A stretch of 64,000 bases of DNA from Octopus vulgaris (GCA_951406725.2 OX597823.1:87234001-87298000), one strand, 5' to 3'. Positions 13,678-27,923 are shown, counted from the first letter of the stretch. Made by a program: numbers and translations. The notes: generated from the sequence alone by a model not told the origin.

Positions 13678-14405
13678 AGTTTTTTTTCATATCGTGCTTT
13701 CACTTCACTACCGAGCGCAGCTCTGTGTTCCTTGGGTATGTGCTGTGATTTGTTGTGATGCTCTTATGGTTACTATATTGAAAGTGTTTTGCGTAGGATG
13801 TGTGGAGTGCCCAGTAGTCCAATTTTCTGTATGTTATATGTGTTTGTAAGTCTTGGTGTTTTTGTTATGTATTTGTCTGAATATTTTTTTATCATGCCTA
13901 ATGCACCTACTATGATAGGAATTGTTTCTGTTTTTAGATTCCACATTCGAGTTACCTCTATTTCTAGGTCTTTGTATTTTGAAAGTTTCTCCATTTCTTT
14001 TAGAGACACGTTGTCATCCGCTGGTATTGATACATCAATTAGAAAGCATTTTTTCTTCATGATCTCTGACAACTATATCTGGTCTTTTGGCCTTAATTTC
14101 TCTATCTGTGTGTATTGGCATATCCCAGAGTATGGTTGCTTTCTCATTTTCTGTGACCTTTTCTAGGGTGTGCCTATACCATCTTTTTTCTGTTGTTATT
14201 TCATAATGTTGGCATAGCTTCCAGTGTATGAAGGTCCCAACTCTGTCATGTCTGTGAATATATTCCTTCTTAGCCAGGACTGGGCAGCCAGAGATAATAG
14301 GATTTATTGTTTCTTGTCCATCTCCACATATTCTGCAGCTACTTGTTATATTTCTTTTCATTATATGTTTTTGGTAATTTCTGGTGGGGAGGCTTTGGTC
14401 TTGTG
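13678..14405 (-). mobile_element. R4/Dong-like RLE-type LINE 3' end (CCHC knuckle + restriction-like endonuclease), one frameshift
   Basis: ORFs 14035-14361 and 13773-14072: CRICGDGQETINPIISGC...YIHRHD...ILWD...RPDIVV...LIDVSIP...EKLSKYKDL...IPIIVGALG...GLLGTPHILRKTL; ~95-nt 3' UTR runs into (TAA)n. Confidence 0.93.
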
Positions 14406-14407
14406 TT

Positions 14408-14514
<107 letters not shown>

Positions 14515-14949
14515 TACTATTACTATTTTTTGGTATCCGCTTTCTATTTAGTTTTGCGTTACATTGACCGATCATTTTATTCTTCTAAGGAGCGATAGAT
14601 CAAAAATTAAAAACAAGGAGAACAAATACCATTCATGTACTGGGATCAATTTTCTAGACTATACCTACTCATTACTTTTCTATTTTAATAGATTATACTA
14701 ATGTAGGTAATTGTTACTGCAACAAGAATGAAGAACGGAAAAGCAAGGCTTTCTTTTGCGGACACCGTATTCTTTCAATTTGCTGTTTGTTTGTTAAACA
14801 CCATTGCTCTCTGTGCGGTCTACATTATTCCAATTTCGCTCGTTTGTCCTGATTTTCATTTCTTGTGGCACATTTTCCTTCAGTCCTTATTGATCTTCCT
14901 TGTTTGTGCAAAAACAATTTTTTTCTCTCTTTTAACGCTGACGTTCACC

Positions 14950-15031
14950 ATGATGCTGACGGCGATGAATACGACGACGGCGACGACGACGACGAAGATG
15001 ACAACGAAGACACGACGACTACGACAATGAC

Positions 15032-15068
<37 letters not shown>

Positions 15069-15213
15069 GTGGTGGTGATGATGATGATGATGACGATGAT
15101 GATGATGATAATGATCATGATCATGATGATCATGATGACGACGATGGTGCTAACGATGATGATGACGATGACCAATAATGATGATAACGATGACGTTGAT
15201 GATGATGATGATA

Positions 15214-15260
<47 letters not shown>

Positions 15261-15271
15261 AATGATAATGG

Positions 15272-15304
<33 letters not shown>

Positions 15305-15755
15305 CGGTGGCGATGATGATGATGAATATGATGATGTTGATGATGACAATGATGACGACGATCACGATGATGATGACGATGACGACGATGGTGAAGATGG
15401 CTATGTTGATGATCCACCCGCCTCTTTTCCTCTTTATCTTCCGCCATCATCATCATCACTATTGACAACGGCACGCTTGTTTGTTCTGCTCCATATAGTT
15501 TGGCTGTTACTGTCCTTCCTGTTATTGTTGTTAGTACAATTCGAAACCCGTATCACTACATACAAAAATACACAATATACAAATCTTTCTAGTGTGTGTG
15601 CGCGCGCGTGTGTGTGTGTGAGTGTGTGATTTTTTTGTTGTTATTTATATTTTCAACTTTAATATTTTTTTACATTTATTTATTTATTTATTTAACCGAA
15701 GCGTTGCCATCGTCCTCTTCCACAACATCATCACCACCGTCGCTATTCCCATCAC

Positions 15756-15848
<93 letters not shown>

Positions 15849-15895
15849 TATCATCATCATCATCCTCATCATCATCATCATCATCATCATCTCCG

Positions 15896-15930
<35 letters not shown>

Positions 15931-16090
15931 TTCTTCATCATCATCACCGTCGTCGTCGTCGACATCATCATCAGCATTATCACCATCAACATCATTACCG
16001 TTATCATCGCCGTTGTCGTCGTAGTCACTGCTGTTATTATCAGTGTTGCTGTTGTTGTTGTTGTTGTTGTTATTGTTGTTGTTTTTGTTA
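14950..16090. repeat. Degenerate (GAT/GAC)n and (TCA)n trinucleotide fields
   Basis: Directly visible; source of the poly-D/M/S/I/H ORFs. Confidence 0.95.
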
Positions 16091-16243
16091 TTGTTGTCGT
16101 GTTTTATTCTTCTTAGCTTTGTATCATAATCAGCTGATACCAGTGGCCGGGTTTTTCAAAAGAACTTTCGGTCATTATTGAAAAAAAAACACACAGAGAG
16201 AGAATGAGAGAGAGACAGAGAGAGGGAGTGTGTGTGTGTGCGA

Positions 16244-16332
<89 letters not shown>

Positions 16333-17369
16333 TATATAAACACATACATAAATATATGTATATATGTGTTTGCGCATGTTCGTATGTGAGTTCATACGTG
16401 TGTGAGAGAGTAGAAGTTGGAGAAGTGGTAGAAGTGGGAGGAGCGACTGAAGGAGATGACAAGACAGGATATAGGAAGACGTGGAAATGGCTGGATTTGG
16501 TAGGGGAGCTGGGGGTGGGGAAGAGGATTAAAACGAGAGAATTGAGAAGAATAATCGTCAAACAGAAATAACATAACGCACAAATCAGCAATTAGGCGCT
16601 ATAATGGCGTATTCAGTCTCATCCGGAAGTCGGTTGAGTCGCCGAATTAAACTGTATTCATATGCTTGTATCGATCAGTATTCGTTGGAATTTGTGAAGG
16701 ATAGGTTACGACAAAAACCAAAGGAGAGGAAGGAAGCTACGAATGGTTAAAAAAAAGAGCAAGAAAGAAATTAATGGGAGGCCATTTTTATTGGGAGAGA
16801 GTGAGAGAGATATAGGAGAGATGACAAATGGAGAGATAGAGAGAGAGAAAGAGAGTGAGAGAGACGAAAGAAGAAGAGAAAGGGGCATGGAGAGAGAGAG
16901 AGAGAGAAATACGGGAGATGAAGAGATGGAGAAAAGGAGAGATAGAGAGATTGAGAGAGAAATATAGAGAGACAGACAGACAGACCGAAAGGAAAACACA
17001 TGCTTATCGGGGAGAATTGTGCTTGTAAGCATGTATGAGTGCATATATGTGTGTTTGTGTGTATTATATATATATATTTATACACACACATATATATAAA
17101 TATAAATATATATATATATATGTATTTATGTATATCTATATACATATATATGTATGTATGTGTGTAACAGTGCGTATATGTATATATGTGTGTACATAGA
17201 TAAATGCGTTTATATATATATATATATAGATATATATACATGTGTATACATACATATATACATACATATATATATATATATACATACATATATAATCATA
17301 TATGTATACATATATATATATGTTTATACATATATATATACATATATATATACATATTTAAAAATATAC

Positions 17370-17400
<31 letters not shown>

Positions 17401-17688
17401 TAAATATATATATACTGTTGCGTATCTATTTTACGTATATAGTGTCAATGAGTGTATGGCTCCATTGATCTACAAATATATCAGTACGAGAATGTGTGTA
17501 TATATGCCTGACTGGTTGTGTGTATCGATGGGTATGGGGGGGAGCGCAGAGTATTAGTATAAGAGTAGGTTTTTATTCTCTCTTTTTATATTCAAGCATA
17601 AAAATGTGACGATATCATTTTGTAGAAGTAAATATGCGCCTATGTGTGTGTGAGTGCATGTATATCGAGAGAGACGGGGTAAACAATG

Positions 17689-17765
17689 ATAGATAGATAG
17701 ATAGATAGATAGATAAATAAATAGTTAGACAGACAGACAGACAGACAGACATACAACAGACAGAC

Positions 17766-17804
<39 letters not shown>

Positions 17805-17805
17805 C

Positions 17806-17883
<78 letters not shown>

Positions 17884-17926
17884 AATAGATAGATGGATAA
17901 ACAGACAGACAGACAGACAGACAGAC

Positions 17927-17989
<63 letters not shown>

Positions 17990-17990
17990 A

Positions 17991-18084
<94 letters not shown>

Positions 18085-18085
18085 T
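17689..18085. repeat. (GATA)n/(GACA)n array
   Basis: Directly visible. Confidence 0.97.
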
Positions 18086-18804
18086 GAGAGATAGAGAAAG
18101 CGATAGGGAGAGAGAAAGAGAAATGGAGAGAGAGAAAAGAGCGGAGGCAATGCTGAGATTGCAATATGTTTGAGAAAGACGACCGGAGCGTGTGCGAATA
18201 AAGATGATATTGCATGTTTTCAGAGAGAGAGGCTGCGAGAGAAAGAGAGACGGAGAGAGACCTGTATGTGCAAAAATGTGTGAAATTTGTATGAGTAACG
18301 ATGTATTTTAAAGCGAGTGGTCGAGAGGGGTGGTTTGAAGGAATTTTTTTAAATAATAAAGAAAGGAAAGAAAGAAGTAATTAAGAAGGAAAGCATTAAA
18401 GAACGTCTGTAACAGCTGTGGTACTGATTATTGAGGAATTATGTGAAATTACATAAAAGGTGAACGTGAAAAGTAGATGAAGTTGAAAGATAAAAAAAAA
18501 AACAAAAAAAAACAACAACAATACGTATGAAGTTCAAGGGAGGTAACTAAATAGCAGTTTTGAATGAGGGCAGATAAGAGAGAATGCTGGGGAAAAGAAG
18601 GGGAGGTAATTAGTGATAGATGATTGAATATTTTGCAACATTCAAAAATATTCAGTAGCTTTTATCTTTTACTTGTTTCCCTTATTTGATTGCGGTCGTA
18701 CTGGAGCACAGCCTTGAAATGTTAAATCGAACATATTGATCCATCTACTTAGTTCTAAATCTGGTACATATACTATCGTTTTAGAATATACTGTGGAAAC
18801 ACAA

Positions 18805-19165
18805 GGGCAGCGGCCTCGCGGGCTTAAGATCGCGGTTTCGATTCCCAGACCGGGCGTTGTGAGTGTTTATTGAGCGAAAACACCTAAAAGCACCACGTGG
18901 TTCCAGTGGCGGGTGGTGGCCAACCCTGCTGTACTCTTTCACCACACCTTTCTCTCATTCTTTCTTCCTGTTTCTGTTGTACCTGTATTTCAAAGGGCAA
19001 GCCTTGTCATACTTTGTCTCATACTGAGTCTCCCCGAGAACTACATTATTAGTACACGTATATGTAGAGCGCTCAGCCACTTGCACATTAATTTCACAAG
19101 CAGCCTGTTCCGATGACCGGATCAACTAGAACACTCGTCGTTATAACCGACGGAGTGCCACCACA
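18805..19165 (+). mobile_element. tRNA-derived SINE, family D, with 3' stem-loop tail
   Basis: B-box GGTTTCGATTCCC, body CCCTGCTGTACTCTTTCACCAC, tail CTCGTCGTTATAACCGACGGAGTGCC; the tail recurs at ~27010-27055 (+) and ~52968-53008 (-). Confidence 0.7.
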
Positions 19166-19444
19166 GTATATACTAAGACATAGGGTCGTAAACAAGCGAA
19201 CACCGGTTTCCAAACGCTGCTAGAAGTCCAACAAAAACAGACACACATACACACACATATGTATGTGTGTGTATGTAATTATGTATGTATGTATACATGT
19301 AATATATGCCAAGGGCTTCCAAACAGTTTCCGTCAGCCAAATACACTCACAAAGCTTTGGCCCCGGTACTGAACGCGAACTACGGGGCTGCAATGTAAAT
19401 TCCTTAATAACATGGCCATATTCAGGAGATATTTTTTTATTATT

Positions 19445-19647
19445 TATTCTTTTATTCTTTTATTTGTGTCAGTCATTTTATTGCGGCCATGCTAGAGCGC
19501 TGCTTTTAGTCGAACAAATCGACGAGAACTTATTCTTTGTAAACGTAGTACATCTTCTATCTACCTCTTTTGCCAAACCACTAGATTGCAGGGACGTAAA
19601 CGCACCAACATTGGTTGTCAAGCGATGGCTTGAGGACAAAAGCAGAC

Positions 19648-19711
<64 letters not shown>

Positions 19712-19845
19712 TCGACGTGCTTGTTTCAGTTTCCGTCTACTAAAGCCACTCTTAAAACTTTGGTCGGCTCAAGGCGCCACGCAGTGGGACAGATCTCGGA
19801 ACCATGTGGTTGGTAAGCAAGCTACATACCACACAGCCACTCCTG
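19445..19845 (-). mobile_element. SINE family A
   Basis: Reverse complement of head (ACCACACAGCCACTCC) and tail (CAGTCATTT..GCGGCCATGCT). Confidence 0.85.
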
Positions 19846-19998
19846 TTATTCGGTTTTAATATTATTCTCTTTAAATATTTGTTGTTGTTGTTGTTATATT
19901 GTGCCAAATGCATCCTAACGGAGCAAAGCTTTAAACATATCTGTATTACCCACAACTAACGCATAGGTTTGTCTCTCAATACTTGTCTAAGTCTACGC

Positions 19999-22900
19999 AG
20001 CTAGCTGGCAGAATCGTCAGCTCGCTGAACGAAATGCTTATCGGTATTTCGCCTGCCGCTACGTTCTGAAATCAAATTCCGCCGAGTTTGACGTTCCATT
20101 TTATCCTTTCAGCGTCGATAAATTAAGTATCAATGAAACACTGGAGTTGATGTCGTTGACTAGTCTCCTCCTGAAAAAATTTCAGGATTATTTGTTTAAA
20201 TCTAAGGCGGCTAGCTGGCAGAAACTTTAGCACGCTGGGCGAAATGCTTAGCGGTATTTCATCTGCCGTTACGTTCTGAGTTCAAATTCCGCCGAGGTCG
20301 ACTTTGCTTTTCATCCTTTCGGGCTCGATTAAATAAATAACAGCTGCGCACTGGGGTCGATATAATCGACTTAATCCGTTTGTCTGTTCTTGTTTGTCCT
20401 CTCTGTGTTTAGCTCCTCGTCGATAGTAACGAAATAGGTATTTCGTCCGCAGCTGGATTCTGAGTTCAAATTCCGCCGAGGTCGACTTTGCCTTTCATCC
20501 TTTCGGGGTCGATAAATTAAGTGCCAGTTACGCACTGGGGTTGATGTAATCGACTTAATCCGTTTGTCTGTCCTTGTTTGTGCCTTTTATGTTTAGCCCC
20601 TTGTGGGCAATAAAGAAATAAGAAACGTTAGCACGCAAGGTGATTTCGTACCAGTCGAGTACTGGGGTCGATGTAGTCTACATAGTCCCTCCTCCGATAT
20701 TACTGGGCTTGTATCAACATTTGAAACCCTAATTTTTAACTATATAAAGCAGTGAGCTGGCAGAATCATTACGTTCGGTGTTCAAATTCCACCGAGGTTG
20801 ACTTTGCCTTTCATCTTTTCGGGATCGATAATTTAAGTACCAATGAGACACTGGGGTCGATGTAATTGACTACTCCCCGCCCTCCAAATTTCATGACATT
20901 TGCGTTTAGTGGAATGGATCTTTTATCTAATTCTAAGGCGGCGATTTGGCAGATTCATTATCAGGCCAGTGGATATACTTAGCGGTATTTCGTCCGTCTT
21001 TACGTTCTGAGTTCAAATTCTGCCGAGGTCTACATATCCTATTGGGGTCGATAAAATAAGTACCAGTCAAGCTCTAGGATCGATATCAACGATTTACCCC
21101 TTCCCCTGCCTTTCCTGGCCTTGTACCAAAATTTAAAATAAATAGTGGTCTAATTTTAAATCATAGCATTTATTTCTCCATGTTCAAAGCGGGAGGGTAT
21201 AATCTGAGGAAGATTGATATGGCTGTTTCGAACAATTCGGACACTGTGTAGGTCAATATTTCTTACAGCCATTATTTTATTTTCCTTGGAGAAACATCAA
21301 GACAAGTTCAATTAAATTACCTTGTAATTAACTGGTATGGGGTCCTTTCACCAAAATAATATTTAAGCTGTCATTGTTGTTTCTGTTCCTCTAACACAAA
21401 CTTTTTAGAAGATCCTAATATTTAAGCAGTATTTAATTTATCGACCCCAAAATGATAAAAAGCAAAGTGAAAGAATGAAGGCCGCTGGATGGGCCCGAGT
21501 GGTGGACGCTCGGCAAGGAAATAATTCCACTATTCGGAATTTTGAATTCTGAACGTAACGGCAGTCGTAATACCTATTTCTTTACTACCTACAAGGGGCT
21601 AAACACAGAGGAAACAAACAAGAACAGACAAACGGATTAAGTCGATTATATCGACCCCAGTGCGTAACTGGTACTTATTTAATCGACCCCGAAAGGATGA
21701 AAGGCAAAGTCGACCTCGGAGGAATTTGAACTCAGAACGTAGCGGCAGACGAAATACTGCTAAGCATTTCGCCCGGCGTGCTAACAAGACTGCTAGCTTA
21801 TTGACTTAGAGTAAAACAAATAATGAGAGGCAAAACTCTGTGTCGCTTGTAAGTAATAGGGATATGTTTAAAGTTTTGCTCTGTTAGGATGCACTTAGGA
21901 CAAGATAACAACAATCGTTTCTACTATAGGCAGAAGGCTTAAAATCTGAAGCCAGTAATTGACATTTATCGATCTTGAAAGGATAAAAGGCGAAGTTGAC
22001 ATCTATGGAATTCTAACCCAGGGGAATAAATAACAGTTCCAAATTTTAGCATAAGGTCAACAGTTTCTGAGGGTAGATGGAAGACGGTTGATACACCCCA
22101 ATGCACAATAAGTGCTGATTTTATCAACCCCGAAAGGATGGAAGTCAAAGCCGATGTCGATGGAATTTGAACTCAGAACCGAAAGAGGAACGAAATACAA
22201 TTAAGAATGTTGTCCCGTTTGCTAACGGTTCTGCCAGCTCACTACCTTAATTATAATTTGCAATCCTTTCTATTATGGGCATAAAGCCTAAAAATTTGGG
22301 TGAGAGGGCAAGTGGATTACATCGACCCTAGTCCTCAGCGGATCCTTGTTTTATCGACTCCAAAAGCATAAAAGACGCTATAACGACCTCGATGGAATCT
22401 GAACTCGGAACATAAAGACGGACTAAATACCTATTTCTTTACTACCCACAAGGGGCTAAACACAGGGAGGACAAACAAGGACAGACAAATGGATTAAGTC
22501 GATTATATCGACCCCAGTGCTTAACTGGTACTTATTTAATCGACCCCGAAAGGATGAAGAGCAAAGTCGACCTCGGCGGAATTTGAACTGAGAACATAAT
22601 GGCAGACGAAATACCGCTTAGCATTTCGCCCGGCGTGCTAAAGTTTCTGCCAGCTCGCCGCCTAGACGGACTAAATACCGTTAAGCATTTTGTCCGACAT
22701 GTTAACGATTCTTTCAGCTCACCACCATATACTTTACTAAATGCTGGTGTAGGGGAGGCTAAATCGATCACATTGACCTCATTGTTCAACTGGTACTTAG
22801 TTTATCGACTCCGATAAAGGCAAAGGTGACCTCGGTGGAATATGAACTCAGAACGTAAAGGCAGACGAAGTGTCGCTAAGCATTTTGTCCAGCTTGCTAA

Positions 22901-23687
22901 AGATTCTGCCAGTTCACTGCCTGATATAGATTAAAAAAATAGTTTCACATTTTGATTCAAGGATAGTAATTTTGGAAGAGGGTTTAAGTAGATTATACCG
23001 ATCCCAGTGCTCAATTGGTGCGAATTCATCTTTGCATACCGATCCCAGTGCTCAATTGGTGCGAATTCATCTTTGCATTTCATTCCTCCGGGGGTTTATA
23101 ACATTTATCAATAGTCAAGTACTAGGTTCTATTGCATTAATTAACCACCTCAAAAACTGCATGCATCATATCTAAATCAGAAATCATTCTTTAAAGAGCA
23201 TTGATTACATCTTCGATTTTCTTCTTACACCAGAACCGGGTCAGTGACCAGGTTGCAGTCGACGCGAGAAAAATGTCGGCATTGAATAAAAAATGTTTAA
23301 GCGAGTTTATCAATCTTTTTAAATGCCTAATTTGTGTCTTGTACGCTACAGTTGTTTTAGTTTCAACACGTGATCTCACGAAATAATTTTCCAGGCAAAT
23401 AGACATCCAGAACTCGATTTCTTGTTTCAATAAATTAAATATTTAGATTTTAGCTTCGATTTCTGCTCCAAGTTTAGATCCTTAATTGCATAGTACTTGA
23501 AGATAATAGAGGTAGAAGAAGAATACTGATTTCAAATTTTGACACAACGCCGGCAATTTCGGGGGTGAGGACAAATCGATTACATCGACCCTCGTAATCA
23601 AATAGTACTTAGATTATCGACAGAATTTGAAATCAGAACGCAAAGCATTTCGCCTGGGTGCTAACGATTCTACTAGCCGACCGCCTT
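19999..23687. mobile_element. Dense cluster of roughly 15 SINE family B units, + strand to ~21140 and - strand from ~21430
   Basis: Repeated GGCGGCGAGCTGGCAGAA.CGTTAGCACGCCGGGCGAAATGCTTAGC...GCCTTTCATCCTTTCGGGGTCGATAAATTAAGTACC; the central block resembles the metazoan Meta-SINE domain. Confidence 0.9.
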
Positions 23688-23883
23688 AAGAAGAAGAAAA
23701 AGAAGAAGAAGAAGAAGAAGAAGAAGAAGAAGAAGAAGAAGAAGAAGAAGAAGAAGAAGAAGGAAGAAGAAGAAGAAGAAGAAAGAAGAAGAAGAAGAAG
23801 AAGAAGAAGAAGAAGAAGAAGAAGAAGAAGAAGAAGAAGAAGAAGAAGAAGAAGAAGAAGAAGAAGAAGAAGAAGAAGAAGAA
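23688..23883. repeat. (GAA)n microsatellite
   Basis: Directly visible. Confidence 0.98.
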
Positions 23884-24412
23884 TATCACAGGTTGTTATG
23901 TCGTCTCCTTTCGGTCGAAGAGCATCAGGCGTCGAGAGCTGCCCAAGCAGTACCGTTCTTCACCAAACTGTTATCTGCTTCAAGCTGACACCCATTCCGA
24001 TCAAATCTTCCCGTACTTGATTGATTTAACTATTAACGGTCTAATATGAAACAGTTATAATTTATTATTTACGATCTATCGTCTTAAGTGAATGAAAAAC
24101 ATTGTTGTAGCGTTTAATATAATTCAATACAAAAAGAGGAGAAAATGGCGTCCGTTTATTCGTATATTTCCTGTTCTTGAGCGGAAATACTGGTCTTTTT
24201 TTTTTCTATTTTGACGTTCTGTAAATCTCTGATTATCCCCCGTCACTGCCTCTGCATCTCTTTCCCTCTGTCTCTCTTCATCTTAATCGCTCTCTCTCTC
24301 TCACTCTCTCGGTCTATTTCATCCCCTTTTTTTGTTTGCCACACTCTCCCTTTCTTTCTCTCTCTCTCTCTTCTCTCTCCCATCTCTCTCTCTCTTTCTC
24401 TCTCAGTATCTC

Positions 24413-24467
<55 letters not shown>

Positions 24468-24609
24468 ACGTGTTTGTTTGTCCAACTGTCTCTCTTTCTC
24501 TCACTGTTTCTCTTTGAATCTCTCTCTCTCTCTCTCACTCACTCATTGTTTCCCTTTGCTTCTCTCTCTCATACACACAAACACACACTATTTCCCGTTG
24601 CCTCTCTCC

Positions 24610-24658
<49 letters not shown>

Positions 24659-24973
24659 AGTCTGTTACTATTTCTCCCCCTCTGTCTGTCTGTCCCTCTC
24701 TGTTTTTAATCTTTCTTCTTTCGTCCAATATCGTTTTGTCCGTCCTGCCTCTTCCCTTCTGATTTCAGCTCTCATCCTTCCGTTTATATAATCTCCTTCA
24801 TTCACCTAAACCTCTTCCCCTTTCATCGCTGACCTTCTCTCGAATATTTTCCATCCTCCTACTTGCCTTTGTCTTTTCAAGCTGACAAAAGGAGATCCTG
24901 TTGTTGACCTCGGCATATGACCACTCATGCACATACACACACACAAACATCCACACAAACGCACGCATGCACA

Positions 24974-25005
<32 letters not shown>

Positions 25006-25137
25006 AACTCATACTTATATACAAGCAAATACGCAAAATTTCACTATGACATTTCTTATCGCAATCATAACGCATTGTATGTCGACTGCTGGAAGCTTTA
25101 TAATAGTAAATTTCACAAACACAAACACAAACAGCCA

Positions 25138-25225
<88 letters not shown>

Positions 25226-25504
25226 GTACACATACATATACATATACACTATACATATGTACTCGTATATTCGGAGGATATCCTCTAAATACATTTGTTA
25301 ACGAACAATTCCAAAGGTTTGCCCTTTTCTTCCCTTCCTGTGATATCTCGATTTCTTTTGTTCAGTCATTAATAGACTTTTTTATATATTTCTTTTAAAT
25401 CATTCTTTCTTTTTTCCTCTTATGTTTTGACTGATTCAAATGGCTTTAAGCTGAGCAAGAAACGATGACCACGAGTGCGGGTATTGTGGTATTGTTATGT
25501 TGGC

Positions 25505-26087
25505 TGCAAATTTTGGTCAAAGGCCATCATCATTGAGGAGGGGGTAAGTCAATGAAATCGACTCCATTGCTTGACCGGAACTTAATTTATTGAACCTGAA
25601 AGGGTGAAAGGCAAAGTCGACCTCGGCGGAATTTGAACACACAACGTAAAGACAGACTAAATGCCACTAAACATGTTGTTCGGCGTGCTAACGTTTATTT
25701 TCTACTCTAGACACAATGGCCGAATTTTGTGAGGAGGTAGCTAGTCGATTTGATCGACCCCAGCACGCAACTGGTATTTAATTTACCGACCATGAAAGGA
25801 TGAAAGGCAAAGTCGACCTCGGCGGAATTTCAACTCAGAACGTAAAGACAGACGAAATACCTATTTCTTTACTACTTACAAGGGGCTAAACAGAGAGAGG
25901 ACAAACAAGGACGCACAAAGAGATTAAGCCGATTTTATCGACCCCAGTGCGTAACTGGTACTTATTTAATCGACCCTGAAAGGATGAAAGGCAAAGTCGA
26001 CCTCGGCGCAATTTGAACTCAGAACGTAACGGCAAACGATATACTTCTAAGCATTTCGCCCGGCGTGCTAAAGTTTCTGCCAGCTCA
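25505..26087 (-). mobile_element. SINE family B, three units
   Basis: Three copies of GAAAGGCAAAGTCGACCTCGGCG. Confidence 0.88.
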
Positions 26088-26672
26088 CAACCTTGATGAT
26101 GTGCTACGATCACTATCATGAGGCCACGGGTTTCCTCTAACCATATTACATTTCTTACAGGGGCTTTACCCTTAGCTCACTCATCTGCTTCTGAAAACAG
26201 ATTAGATGAACTGAGTGATTTTCAACGACTAACACCATTTCAAAACAATGTCAAAATTCTATCGCAGATCTGTCGTTGAAAACAGGAAAAAGGATGACAG
26301 AAAAATGAATACCAATAAGGAGGACAAGTCGCGACGGTATACAGTCTCAAAATACGTTATTAGCTTCTATCTATTACTTGTTTCAGTCATTAGACTGCGG
26401 CCATACTGAGGCACTGCCATTTTTAGTTGAATGTATCAACCTCAGTACTTATTAATTTTAAACCTCGTTTTTATTCTCTCGGTTTCTTTCACCGAACCGG
26501 TAAGTTCCGTAGGGATATAAATAACAAACAACAGTTGTCAAGAGGTTTTTTTTTTGGGGGGGGGGGGCAAAAACATAGACAAGCACACATACACCCACAA
26601 ACACACACACATACGCACGCATACCTATGTGTGTGTGCATATATATAGATATGTATGCATATATATATATAT

Positions 26673-26892
26673 AGTTAAAGTTAATCCAAACAAGAAAACA
26701 CAGAAAAAAACACAGCAGAGAGGACGTGGAACAATTAAAGTATTATTTGACGCTCAGGAAAGAAGGGAAGGAGAGTTTAACGTTTCGAGCGGAGCTCTTC
26801 GTCGGAAACAAAGGAGAAGGAAAGATCCCGAGAAGGGAAAACAGAGGAAAAATTTTTTTTTTGCTGGTGGTGCTCAAGAGATCACATGTTGA
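26673..26892 (-). mobile_element. Short (~220 bp) non-autonomous Penelope-like element carrying a minimal hammerhead
   Basis: Clearly homologous to 41025-41233; abuts (TA)n; contains the HHR motif at 26775-26809. Confidence 0.7.
26775..26809 (-). ncRNA. Minimal type-I hammerhead ribozyme motif (U4C variant)
   Basis: Minus strand: GTTT-CCGACGA-A-GAGC-TCC-GCTC-GAAAC-GTT-AAAC; stem I GTTT/AAAC, stem II GAGC/GCTC, palindromic ACGT stem III. Confidence 0.65.
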
Positions 26893-27268
26893 AATAACAG
26901 AAGTTGAAAGCTAGACGAATCATGATTTTTAAAAACAAGAGAGTTTCAAAGACAAGGAATGTGTGTGGGTGCGTGTATATATATACACATACACATACAC
27001 ACATGTGTTGATCGGATCAACTGCAAACCCCGTCGATGTAACCGACGGAGTGTCAGTTTAAAGTTTAGTATCTGCATTACCTTTGGAATCTTAAATAGTG
27101 AAAATTTAACGATAATCCTCGAAGATTATCGTTAAATTGTGAAACGAAAGCTGAAGCTGTGCTACCAAATAATACATATATACGGTTTACCTACCATTAT
27201 AAATAATACCAAATGTTCTTTCTCAAACCTTTCATAATGTGATACAAGTCTTTGGTGTAGCAATTGCA

Positions 27269-27363
27269 TGCGGCTGAAGAGGGCTTTTAAACTATCTGTT
27301 ACGTCGATTATGCATTGATGTAAGAATAAGTTGTTTTATAAAGCTCGAAACATATGTACCGCA
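27269..27363 (+). ncRNA. Type-I hammerhead ribozyme, canonical core, long stem II
   Basis: TGCGG-CTGAAGA-GGGCTTT...AAAGCTC-GAAAC-ATAT-GTA-CCGCA; stem I 5 bp, palindromic stem III ACATATGT, GUA site after 27358. Confidence 0.88.
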
Positions 27364-27401
27364 ACATCCTTTTTGTCCTGTTTTTCATTTTATTTCATTT
27401 G

Positions 27402-27461
<60 letters not shown>

Positions 27462-27509
27462 GTGTGTGTGTGTATGTATATTTACACATTGATATATATA
27501 CTCTTTTCT

Positions 27510-27920
27510 CTTTTACTCTTTTACTTGTTTCAGTCATTTGACTGCGGCCATGCTGGAGCACCACCTTTTAGTCGAGCAAATCGACCCCGGGACTTATTCT
27601 TTGTAAGCCCAGTACTTATTCTATCGGTCTCTTTTGCCGAACCGCTAAGTGACGGGGATGTAAACACACCAGCATCGGTTGTCAAGCAATGCTAGGGGGA
27701 CAAACACAGACACACAAACACACACATACATACATATATATATATATATACATATATACGACGGGCTTCTTTTCAGTTTCCGTCTACCAAATCCACTCAA
27801 AAGGCATTGGTCGGCCCGGGGCTATAGCAGAAGACACTTGCTCAAGATGCCACGCAGTGGGACTGAACCCGGAACCATGTGGTTGGTTAGCAAGCTACTT
27901 ACCACACAGCCACTCCTGCG

Positions 27921-27923
<3 letters not shown>
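27510..27923 (-). mobile_element. SINE family A, young full-length copy
   Basis: Near-perfect reverse complement of head, body and tail. Confidence 0.92.

Noticed and set aside
22996-23078. Short (~41-bp) tandem duplication; similar 33-bp one at ~31832-31896
   Set aside because: Local slippage duplications in decayed SINEs with no further structure
19999-23687. Regular repeats as a CRISPR array
   Set aside because: Units are ~190-bp SINE bodies in eukaryotic DNA; no repeat-spacer pattern or cas genes
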